A stretch of DNA of 64,000 bases from Candidatus Omnitrophota bacterium (GTDB taxonomy: Bacteria > Omnitrophota > Gorgyraeia > Zapsychrales > JAKLDJ01), in the NCBI GenBank assembly GCA_022703585.1, contig JAKLDJ010000001.1:246891-310890 (forward strand), given 5' to 3'. This document shows positions 1-12,400 of this stretch, piece after piece. The first letter of the stretch is position 1. Every line of letters starts with the position of its first letter. The translations under genes were made by a program, and so were the position numbers. The notes under the pieces are model-generated. The model saw nothing but the letters and a program-made list of their open reading frames with translations, did no database searches and was not told the origin of the DNA.

Positions 1-420
1 AAACCGGCAAGTTCTATGCTATGCCGGTTGGTGATTTCATAAAGTCCCGGCCAGGTCCCGATATTCGAAATAACCGCCGTTTTGCCCTTAAATTCTTTAA
101 TGCGCCGGGCTAAATGTTCAGGAGAAGAAAGATCTTCCTGATGCAAATAATAATCTTTTCCCGGAATGAGGCCGTTAAGCCTGAAATTCTCCTGCGCATG
201 AGACAACAATCTAAAGTCATTATCAATCAGATCAAACCTTGCCGCGCCTAACCGCCATGCCGCCAGCGCCAGGATTCCTTCTGCGCAGCCGGCATCAATA
301 ACGCGTTTACCGGCTAAATCACAATGGAGTATCGCCGCGATAGCGGAAGTCGTATAGACGTGATGGCGGTTTAAGGCAAATATGCATAAGTCGAGATCCT
401 GGATAAGAATAACGTTTCGG
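1..420 (-). CDS. SAM-dependent methyltransferase small domain (RsmC/PrmA-like). It is in the -1 frame relative to the giant ORF, has no in-frame start codon, is partial (runs off the window start), and is probably the C-terminal continuation of the giant ORF through a frame disruption.
   Basis: Translation: RNVILIQDLDLCIFALNRHHVYTTSAIAAILHCDLAGKRVIDAGCAEGILALAAWRLGAARFDLIDNDFRLL...IKEFKGKTAVISNIGTWPG. Motif I is VIDAGCAEG. The frame has an in-frame TGA at 469-471 upstream and no ATG/GTG/TTG start between that TGA and the domain. The giant frame ends TAA 372-374 inside this domain. Confidence 0.55.
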
Positions 421-3400
421 GCAAGTTCTCTTTGAAGTGAAGCGCTCAGCTGTTTGTATTTTTCGGAATCAATGAAAAACAGGCAACCCACTCTTATAAA
501 ATAGTAGCCCTGGTTTCTTTGATAGGGCCTGCCCCAGCCATCGTGCTCTATTCTATGCAATTTTTCCGGCAATAAACCACCCCAACGTTCCCGGACAATA
601 CGACGAGGCCCAAATTGCAACAGGCTGTCAACGGCATCGAGATTATACATCTTCTCGTAACGAACATGTTCAAGGCCCAATTCATCAACAATCTTTTGGC
701 TTAAATTCCGGCAGGTTGATTCTTCAAGATGAACGGCTATTGGAGATTTATTGTCAAATGGAGTTGGGGCATACGCGGATTTCTGCTGAAGAAATTGCCC
801 GGCAGAACAACTTAATGGCCGCTGTGCCGGAGGGCCTCTGCTAACCCAATCAGAAAATGCATTTTCTATTCTAACAAAAACCTTTAATTGCCACGCCAAG
901 GTTAATATCGCCATCCAGGCAAAAATGACTATAAGCGGCAGATACGCGTTTAAATCGTCTTTCTTGTCGCCGAGCTTAGGTTTAAGCGACTCCCTGGTCT
1001 GAGGCTGCGAGGTGGCGGACGGTTTTTCCCAATTCGGAAACAGAGGCCGAATCCGGGTAATCCTTTTTTCCTCCAATGATAAGAAATAGAGCCCAAACAT
1101 TACCTCCACGCTACCCATTAGCCTGGAATCGGCGGACTGGACAACCGCCCTCAAAAACAAGTTCTTGATAGAAGTACCTGTTTGATCAACGATCGTTAAT
1201 GGACTGCCCTCGCTATTAATAAAATCTTCCATCAAGGCTTTTAGAATCTTGCGCAGCTGACGGTTAGGATTAAACCTAAGATCTTGAAGATATCTTTTCT
1301 GGAGGGCTAATTTTTCTTCATGTGTCCATTCTCTGATGTATGGCATAATCACGGAATCTATTTGGTCCGGAGGTGTAAATAAAAGCACAATAAAGTCCGT
1401 CACAACTTCGTGAATTAGAAGTCGACTACTGGCTAAATATCCGGCCCTTAGATAGACAAAACCCGCACCCAGGGCATGAACTGTTTCATGCAATAAAGCT
1501 CCATGCGGATCAAAAGAATGGACATCGACGACAACGACCCCTTTTACGTCTAAAGGAATTCCCAAGAATTCTAATAGTTGTTGCAGTGATATACCAAGGG
1601 CTCGGGCGCTATCCTCAAAATCACCCCTCGATATCCAACGACCATCCCAATCCATTCTCTCGGTAAGATAATCTTTGTCTGCTGGAGTGAACGCTTCTGC
1701 GGAAATAACTTTTCTCAAATAAGAATGCTCCTTGCTTCTGGAGCCGCTTTCATCAGATGCTAATAAGAACGCAAACAACGGATCCCCGAATTTAACATTC
1801 AGGAAATAGGGAATACCTTCCCGCGATAAAAGCGCAGTAATATCTCTTACCGGCGGTAAACCTTTTGTTTCGGGGAAATCGGAGAAATCTTCCCTGTCCA
1901 CGCCTTTCGTCATCCCTGATAAGGCAAACGGCAGCATCATCAGCGGCCATGAAGCAAAGGGCAGCGCGAAGCAGCCGAGGGCATCATCCTTTTCTCCCGA
2001 AGGTATAAAATTAGGTTTCGTTACATTTCGGTCTAAAACTTCTCTTCGAAATTGTTGAATAACAGGCAACTCATTGATCCAGGCAGACGCGTCGGCTAAA
2101 TTATCAAGAACTTCATTCACTTCGCCGACATATCCGTCGGGGATTTGGCTGTAGATTTGCGGCGGCTCTTGACTATCATCTAAGTAAAAATAATCAACGC
2201 CCGGAACAAGAAAATTTTCATCGACGTTAACATCGATGGTGCGAACACCATAACTCATTATTTCCGTAGTTATAGCCTGGGGAGGGATGATCCAAACTTT
2301 GCCGGGAGCAGCGACAAACATATATTGGACTTTGCGATTTTGCGATACAACACGATACCTTCTTACTTTCCTTCCGTATAATTCGGTTAATCCGCTCCTG
2401 TCTGTGCTTATTTCAACGATGCCTCTGCTAAAATCCGGTTCAAAACCATACACAAATTTTCCGGATGCAGGATCATTTTTCCTTGTAAAATAAGCGATTC
2501 TCCGGCCATGGTTAATAAGATTACGCCCGGATGCTCTCGCTTTTTGTCTTGGAGCAACAAAATCTCGATAAGGACCGATGCGATGATAGGGTGCCCTGCG
2601 CACAACCAAGCTAACAGCGGCAGCATCATGCCTGGGTCTTTTAACCTTTAAGTTAATCGCATCAAGGGCCGACTGAATTTCAAGAGGCAAATTCGTTGTC
2701 TCTTCCATCGAGACATACAGCACTTCCCCATTTTCATGAATAATCTTAAGATCTCCTTTGCCAAACCATTCATTATTTCCGTTTGAGCCGTGATGATGGG
2801 AGGCTGATCGCCACGCAAGAGAATAATCTTTGTAAAATAAACGCGGGTAAATAACCTGTTTACCGGTGGCAGGATGCCTCTCTAGAACATAGGCGACAAA
2901 CATTATTTCATCATCATCGAGCAGGGTATTGGTCAGATAATACGTCGTAGTGAAAAGCTGTATTTTATATTTTGGTGTATAGCCCCGCGATAATAAGCTT
3001 AAAGGATCATTTTTAGCTTTTCCAACGGGTTTTATCTCTACGCCGTTTTCAATAAGTTTTCTAAATTCGTATTCCACTTGTCGGGGGGTCATGTTTGAAG
3101 GACGAACCTTGCGTACAATCCGCGCGGCGGGTTGAGCCCTCTTTTTTCCATCAGTCGAATTATCTTTTACCATCCCCCCCACCGACAGGAAAACCGGCAA
3201 CAACATCAGCGGCCCGGCCTCGACGAGGCTCAAAAGGCCTGCGAAGGCCGAGGCGGGCAACAAAACCAAAGACCAAAGACCAAAGACCGCGCTCAAATCC
3301 GCCAGCGACCAGAAGGTAAAGAACAAGATAACGCAACTCATCTCGTCTTGTTGGGTATGCTCAAAGCTGCCGTGTGCCAATTTTATTTTAGCGGCACGCA

Positions 3401-6400
3401 CTTTAAACAGCGTTTGGTCTAAAATCCCGTTGTCCGTGAATGAAAAACAGGGAGTGGCCGTATCGCTATCAACAAAAAGCCTCTTGGCCCTTCCGCCTAA
3501 ACCTAGCTCGACGACCGCATCGGCCCTTAGGGCATCCGATAACCTTACCATTTCGCTTGAATACGCTGGCCTGTTAATTGTATCCAGAATACCTTCAATA
3601 ACATCATGGCTCGTCCTTAGATACCCTGTGTTGTTATTGGATACGATAGGCACCCATGGATCCCGGACTTCAATATTTCGACCGATAAAATCCTTCACGG
3701 CCAGACGTAGGTGGGTCCATTTCCTGGAATGAGAAGAAAATCTATTGTTCCTCAATAATAGCTTGGCCTTGATCCCCATCTCGCCAGAATGGGTAACCAT
3801 AAACTCTTCAAAATCGCCTAAGGTGGCATCGTCGACAAAAACCTTGCATCGGGGTACCGACCCAGCAGAATAAAATTTAAACACCTCAACGGCATCGGAA
3901 AATCTGCGCTCTAAAATACGTACCGCTTCATGGGTTCTCTCGCCATCCAGAACAAAGATATGATTCAGTCCGCGCGCAGCAGGGCTCTTTGCCCCTTCGG
4001 TAAAGATATAGCGTTCCAATCTTACCCCGTCTCCGATAGAAATCGCGCCACTGGCAATGGCCGAAGTTACTGACCCGAGGCTTTCTCCGGCAAATGCCTT
4101 GAATGCAAACGGAATTCCTTCTTTCTTGACAACTGCTTCAAAATAAGCTTTTAACGCCAAATTGATCACCGTAAGAGCTACGCTTAAAAAGCTCGGCCTT
4201 CTGGAATGGTCCGAAGGGATATTCCTGCTATTAATGAATAGTTTGGCCGGGTCAGGTCGGCCCTTATCATCTTTAAACCCTAAGGCCTCGGCAGCCGCTT
4301 TATAGAGAGATTGTATTTCGAGTATTCCCGTGTCATACAAAACACTGCCTACTCTTCCATAGGCGCCCACGCTACGAAAGCTCTGGAAGAGTCCTATTAA
4401 CTGAAGCTGAATATTACTACCTCTGTCTTCCCCGCCTACTATCCCCGCCAACGGCACCAAGGCCAAAGGCCAAAGACTAAAGACCAAACTAAGACCAGCC
4501 AGCGGCACAAACGCACCGAGACGGCCTGCGTCCGAGGCCTCACTCGGATTTGGCGCACGGTAGAGAATCATGCCCTCGCTACGGATTTGCTCAGGGGACG
4601 TATGCGTTAACCCACGATCATCGCTAAAAGCCACATGCGGCTTAACACCGACCGATTCCTCGCGGGCAAAATAAAGAATCTCATTTTTTAACCGCCAGGC
4701 ATCCATATCCGTGCCGGGCGCATCGATAAAGATATCCGCATCGGCGTCAACGGGTGTCGGCGCGCGGGACAAGCTGCCGAAAAGATACAGGTTGAATTTC
4801 CGCACCTTAACCCGGTCAACGGCTCGCCCGACCAGCCAACGGGCATCGGCAATCCTTGCGTCACGTTCCGAGTCCGTAAGTAACGGGCGCGCTTTCTTGC
4901 CGCCCTCCTTATCTTGCATCATTCTTAACGGTTTGTCTCCCTCAATGCGACGCCTGAGCCCTTGTTCAGCTGCCTCACTGCCAAAGAAATAATACGTGCC
5001 TTCAAGGTCGAGCCCGCCCTGCCCTACAGGCTTTTCCGTCAGGTAAGAAAACGGGGTGATCCTGCCGATATCGGAAGAATAGAAATCAATATACATAGCC
5101 GTTGGTTTTTCGCCGGCACGCTCAAGATAAACAAATCCGTTTTTAATAGTTGCAGTTACGCCTGCTTCATTAAGAAACGCCGCGGCCTTTATCATGGCGA
5201 CGTCAAAAATATCCTGCGCCTGTTCCGGGGTCAAGGTATCGTCGAGGTAAACCCTAAAATCAACATCCTTCCTATTCCAAAACGCCCGGCCGTGGGCTTT
5301 AAAAGATTTCGGGAAACTGCCCTCGGCCTTAACCAATACACTTTTACCACCGGAGGCTTCATAAAACGCCCGCGTTACAATATCAACCACATTGGCACCC
5401 TGCCAGGTGCGCGCCACATCAACATGAAAGATGTTTTCCTTAAGCGTGTACGCCGTCTTTTCTATCCCTAAAAGCTTAATAATTTTTAACGGATCAAAAG
5501 CGGCCAACGGCAGAAAAGCGCCCAAGGATTCATCAAGCACAGTTTTCGCCGCAGCAAATACTTCCTCGGGGGTTAAGCGGTACGGATTCCCTTCCGGAGA
5601 TTTAAGAATGATGCTTCGGTCGGTCCAAGGACGGCATTCTGTCTGATTGGTAGAACCGAAAAGCGAAATAATCTTAGGGGCATTGACCGCCGCAGCCACA
5701 TGCGTCAAGCCGCAATCATTGCCGATGACAATATTCGTACGTTCAAGCACCGCCGCCACAACATGGATAGGCTGATTCGAAACCACCGCAACCTTTTCCG
5801 GATTTTTAACCGCTGATAAGAGTTTTTTATCGAGTCCGTCTTGTTGTTCTTCCGGGCCCAGAAATACGGCAAACTTCATTTGCGGAAATTCATCATGCAT
5901 GAGATTAACCAGCTGGGCAAAATGTTCGACGGGCCAGCGCCGGAGCATAAACCATCTGCCGCAGCCTAAATTCAGGCCAATCAAGGCTTCAGACTCGGTG
6001 ATGCCGTTTTGGGATAAAAATTCCCGGGCTGTTGCCTTTGCCGCGTCCGGAATGGTCAGCTTAACCGACATGTCAAATCCATGGCCGGGATTTACGCTTA
6101 ACGCCCCAAGGCTGGTAAGGCGAAATAGGTCCATATTCGTCTCGGCATGATGGCGATGGGAACTAAATCCTACAGCGTTTTCATGATTTAAAAACGACAG
6201 CCTCGCCTTTGAATCCAGCCCAATGCGGTACCGGGCCAAAAGCGCCCCCAGGATACTATCCATGTAACGCCACCGCGAGGTGACAATGCCCAAATCCGCC
6301 TTTTTAAAGATAAAAGGCATCAGCCTCGACACTTCCCGAAGGCTCTCTTGCAACCTATGCATACGGGGTGAAAATCGGATGACCTCATCAATATACGGTT

Positions 6401-9400
6401 CGTGAGTAAGAATTCCGTTTGAAGAGCCGTTGGCAATAACGGTAATCCGCGCCCGAGGCAATCTTTTCCTTAATTCCTTTAGCATCGGAATAAACAGAAC
6501 CGTGTCGCCCATGCCGTCGTGTAAAAAGACAATAACGGTTCGAGCCGAAGAAAAATCCGCCCGCTGCCGGCCCAGGTATATTCTCGTCAGAAACTTAACC
6601 GGATACAGCCCCAAAAGGACTCCTTCTCTTATAAATTTCTTTGCTGTTCTAAGCAAAATTTTTGAGAGTATTTTCACGGCAAGGACAAAGGCGTATCGCG
6701 CCGACCATTGCTGCTCTTCTTTAACAAGCTTCTCGATGCGCCATTCAATAGGAGAAAGATTTCCGTCCGGCATGCGGTATCCGGGCCCCATTAACAAAGT
6801 CAGGATGCTAAAATATCCGGGCAGGCGGCGGGAGTTAATCTTTTCTCGATAGGCTTCAGTTTCTTCATCCGCCGTAATCGGCCTGGGGCCAAAAAACGAC
6901 ATCTCTCCTTTTATAATATTAAAGATTTGCGGCAATTCATCCAGGCCGGTTAAACGTAAAAACTTTCCTATCAGCCCGCTGCGGTTATCTCTCATGGTGC
7001 GTATTTTATAAACCCTAAACATCGTTCCCTGATATCCGACACGTTCCTGGATAAAGAATCCCGGCTTTTTGAAATCGGAAAGCTTAACGGTGGCCCACAA
7101 AATTCCAATCATCGGCAGAATCACGGGCATCGCAATCCACGGAACCACCCTATCAATCAACTTGATATACCAAAGATTATGAATGAGTTTCCCGGCGTCT
7201 CCGCCTTGCGGATTTTTCTGACGATCTTCTGCTATCATCCCCGTCAGGGACAGAAGAACCAATCCCGGCACCAGGCAGCCGAGCCTATCGGATACGGCGG
7301 AATCACCGCGGCCTTCGCCTTCAGTTTCAGTAATCGGTATTAGGCGCAGCCTTCGTTCCAATAACTGCTCAAGCCGGGCTTGTTGTTTTTCGCGCGAATC
7401 GCTGCGGTCATCGCCAAAGCCGCCCCGCACCCGGACAGTAAGATATTCCCACCCGTTCTCAAAATAAAACGGCGTGTAACCATTACGTATTAAGAAATAA
7501 TTGGCCATAAACCAGGCAAGCCGGTGATGGCCGTCGGCGGTATGGGGAGCAAGCGCCCCGCGTTGCTGCCGGCCGCCGGGAGTAACCGTGTCAAATCCGG
7601 CTAACCCGGGAAAAAGCCTGGGGATATAAGTAAAATTGAAATTTAGAAACGCCTGTCCAAACCCGACGGCCTTATAGATACGCGCTGCCACGCGGATAAC
7701 GATTGCGCGATCGGCATACCGCCGATTCGCCCAGTCAACATACGGCATCCCCGCCACCGACTGCAACCGTTGTCCCCGTATCTCAGCGGTATAGGCAGGA
7801 TTTTCTCTGTCGCCTCTGAATAATTCATACATGTCCATGGCATACTCCCATGTCAGCGGCACCCCGGAGGCAATGAGCCGGTTAAAATAATCGATAGCGG
7901 ATTCAAGCCGCGGCATAATATTAGAAGAAGCCAATGCCGCCGCTCGTTCGGGCTCGAGCCGGGCTTGAGCAATCATTCTCGTTGCCGACCCGGCCTCGAT
8001 GAGGCCAAAAAGCCCTAATAAGGCCGAGGCGGGCAGGAAGGCGGCGATCGTATCGTCGTGGCTTGGTTCTTCATCCACAGCTTGCGGCATTACAGATAAC
8101 ACGCTGCCCGAATCAATATCTTGGGTAAACGAGATATACGCATCGAGTGCGGCGCTATAGGCTTCCGCAACAAAACGTTTTTCATCCAAAGACGGATGAT
8201 TCTCTTCTCCGATCGAAAATAGCCGGCTGCGCATGGATTGCGCAACGGCGCTTTTGCCCTGCAGGAATTCTAACAGTGTCAAGGCAGCAGATATTCTCTT
8301 TGCGGCTTTTCTGAAATGCTCATCCTCTGTTTTCTTTTTAATAAAAGTATTGTTCATCCGTTGATGAGATATAATCAACAACCTCGAAATTTCGGCTATA
8401 TTGTTTTGGAATTGGTTTGGCGTACTAACAAATTCTTTACCCCACACAACAAGCTGAGCCTTATTGGTTCGCGTGCGGTGAGAGTTAACAACCCATACCG
8501 GATGGTCTATAATCACACCTTGGGGCACCTCCGGAGTCACATCGCTTTCCAACACTTCCCGGCCTGTTATGATCATACCCATTTTTTGTATTTGCTTTTC
8601 CAGGGTTATATCTTCGGGCAAGGCTAAAACCAGGTGATCTATATCCAAAGCGGTTAAAATTCTCCCCTCAACAACAACCAGAATGTCTAAATCACGAGGG
8701 TGCGCACTATACAGATAGCTTCCGAAAAACGATATATTGACAACTTCGTACCCTAAGGATTGACGAATATATGAGAGTAGGCACGGAACAATCTGCAAGA
8801 GTGATCGAGCCGTTGCAAATACTTTTTCCTGGTGGGGCTTCTTGAGAATTTTAAAAATTCGCATATAATTAAGCTGCTCTAAGAGCAGTTCGTCTGTTGA
8901 TACATCAACATCACGATCGGATAACACCCTCAACGGAAATTCAAATACATAGTCCCGCATCTCGGGAACAGCAAGCTCGGCAATTTTCAATTTATCTGCA
9001 TTAGTCAATTGATTGATTGTGTTACCTTCTGAATAGCTGCGCGGATGATGAAAATCTTCGCTCTCTCCCGCTTGTCGCGGCCCGGCAGCGGACAACTCAC
9101 TCCTTCTTCCATCGCCCTTTTCGTCTCTCGTCATCCCCATGAGTACCATCGGCAGCGCCAGCAGAAAAGCAAACGGCACAAAGGAGCAGGCAAGCTCGCC
9201 GTTGATGTAGGAAGCCACGTCCCGGCCAATCGGCAGGTTAGCACGCACGCGCACCAAATTCCGGAGGTATTCATACGGTACCGGTGCGCTGAAATTATTC
9301 CTAGACCCGATAATACAATCAATGCGCAGGGCTTTCTTATCATACGTTGCTTCGGCTGGGATAATCAGGCCCCTTGGTTCCCGATGGGCAAAAAGCCTGA

Positions 9401-12400
9401 TAAGCCAGGAGAGAGCCGTAGTGTAGTGGCCGTTCGCCCGCGCAAGCACGTCCAGCAATGTTGACGGCCGGCGCAAGACATAACTGCCGTTATGGCTTTG
9501 ATGTTCTAAAATCCATCCCTTAATATTTGCTCCGTCGACAAATACATCGTTGAGGATAACGGCCAGGTGGCTGCCGACGGCACTGCGGGCATCATTCGCC
9601 CAGTTCTTAACACCGAGCACAATCAATCCTCTGATGTCCCGATGGTCCTGGCGCACAACGCGCATCACGCTGCCCCGCGGGTACGCCTGCGAAGAATCGA
9701 TAACGAGCCCCTGATGATTAACAACCACAACATCTGTTAGTCCGGCGTGTAGCGCGCGCAGGAAACGCCGTTCCACTTTTTCACACGCAGGAGACACAAT
9801 CTTGAATAACCCTATATCAACAAGCCACATCTTTTCTGCTTCTGAAAACCGTATGCCATAGATACCTGATTTTCTATATAACGGGATTGGCTGCAGTTGC
9901 ACCGCACCCTGGGCTTTCCCGACGCCATCTCGCACCATCCCCATCATCAGCCCCGTAAAAAAGAACCCGGATCCGAGGAGGCCAAGGGCCGAAACGGACG
10001 TGAACATAAAAGGATTGATAATGCAGCTGACAGATTCGTCGGAGGCAAACGGAACATTTGGCTCAGACAGCCTTTGGACGCCTTTTGAACTATTCAGCTT
10101 GCGAATATGCCTCTTGATTAACAAGACTCTAAGAAAGGTCGGAGAATGAAATAGGTAAGCCCAAAATCCTCTGGATCCTTTGATTATTTTCAGGAATTCG
10201 TACGGATGAGATATATCAAACCCTGCCTCATGCGCAAATTTAATTCCCAAAAAGTCAGCCCTCAACTCAAAATACCATCTGCGTACAACCGAAATAGAAA
10301 CGATGGCGCATCCGATCAAGATCTTATTGACGGAATATTCGTCAAAAAACGTGTTTTCAACAACCGATAAAATCATCAGCTTCATCAGGAAACCGGCAAA
10401 TTCCACGTTCCCCTTTGTGGAAAGCTCGTTTCTCGACTGTCTATCAAGTTTTACTATATGGGCAAAGACCGCGTAAGCCACTCCTTTTGGATCTCGGCTT
10501 TCTAAAGAAACAACATGATGCTTCTCGGTCGTATGGGCAAGTTCGTGCCCCAGGATAAGAGCCCTTGTTGATTGGTGAAGGGTAAAAAATTTATTGTTGA
10601 TAATGATACCCGGCTGACGGAGGAATAATGCCGCGGCATTAACCTTTTTCTGGGAAAATCCTGAAATATTCAACAGGGTGTATTTAAAGCAGTTTAAGCC
10701 CGGATAATGATTGGATGCGGCCCTGATCAGCTCTCCCAACATGTACTTTGTTTCTTGTATTTTGTTCCTCTGCACAGGCACGTAAACAGCTTTGGTGGCG
10801 AATAGATTTCGTGCCCAATATAACCTAATAGCCGCGGAAATAAGACTGATAGCAATCATGGCTTTGGTCAAGTCTCCAAGCCCGGCTGTACTCAACGAGG
10901 TTTTAAAGATGCCAACAACATAGATGAAGAATCCGGCAATCGCCACCGCTCTTATATTGGATATTACGGAAGGCATCACTTTGTTGTGATGAGCCATCCT
11001 GCTGTAAATGATCTTGAATGTTTTCAGGGCCGCCGCTGCCAAGATGACATTTCTCAAGAAGACATCATTCCAAATCAAACCAATCCACGTTCCTCCTGTC
11101 AAAAGCCCGGCCCCTTCGACTGCGCTCAGGGCGAGCCCGATGAGGCCAAAAAGCCCTAATAAGGCCGAGGCGGGCAGGAAGGCGGCGACCGAATCACCGT
11201 CATCACCGGCCGTTGGCGGTAATCGATCTTTACCGGACTTGCCCCCCTGGATAAGGTGCCGTTTGCGCAACTCTGTTAAGGTTTCGCTTCGAGAGCGTTT
11301 AATGAGATAGGTACGAGCAAAAGCCACAACTCCGAGCGTAGCCAAGAAACTCACGAGATATTCAATGACCTGCCGTAATGAACCAGGCGGCTCAACAACG
11401 GCAAGCACCAGGAGGCCGAGGGCAGCCGCAAGAATAACCACGTCACGTTCTGCCCTGATAAGACGCCCTATTTTCACCAGAGACTTGCCCAGGTCAAAAG
11501 TGGCCCATCCCAGGCCGGTAAAAAGAAAGATGAAGATTATTAAATCCGTAAAATCAAGGACTATGCCGCCGCTCCTCATCCAATCGCGCACTCCGCCGAC
11601 AAAGGTAAAATCTAACATACGCGCGAATAAAATACCGCACCCGAGCCCCATCCATAGATGCCATAAACGCTTTTTCACATTGATTAAGTTAGCGAGAAGA
11701 TAGGCAGCCCAAAAGTCTGCCAAAATCGTGCCCAGCTCAAGCATCTGCGCCTTGTCCCCATAGTGAACAAGATTCTCTAACGAGATATTGCCGGTCAGAA
11801 TATCGTAAAAGCGGCCTATGGCTGTTTTTAAATTTGAAACAAGCGAGAAATCCTGCGCACTGGTCATGTCTCCGGGTATCGAATGAAATGTTTTTTCGGG
11901 AATAGTCAGCCAGACATAAATTTTAAAGGTCCAGTCGATCAGGGAAATGGCAATCATGGGAATCATCAGGTGCGGCTTGGGATGCAGGCGGGACAACAAA
12001 CGCTGCGGCGGCCCGTCCGCCAGAAAATCTGTCGAGACAGGTCTCGCCCCGACAGTATGTCGGGGCGGACCGCGACGGGTCATCGCCGCATGGGCCATGC
12101 GATTCTTCGAAACCACTGCCGCCCAGGAAATCCCGACAAGACAAACAATCGTCAGCATAAAAGGCCACAGGATAACGGCCGCAAGCTCAGATTCGTCGAC
12201 GGCCGCGGACCCGGGAGGCGCGAAATACTCCGAGAGATGCACGGCGACCGCGTCATGGAAATTGCGCTGCGCGTTCACGGCACGGGCCCATTTTCTAAAA
12301 CGCTCTGTGTAGTCATCGTATGCCAGAAACATGTCGCGTGCTTCGGGGACAGCGTGAGAAAAAGGCAATCCTTGATGTCCCGTTTCTATACAACTGGAAT

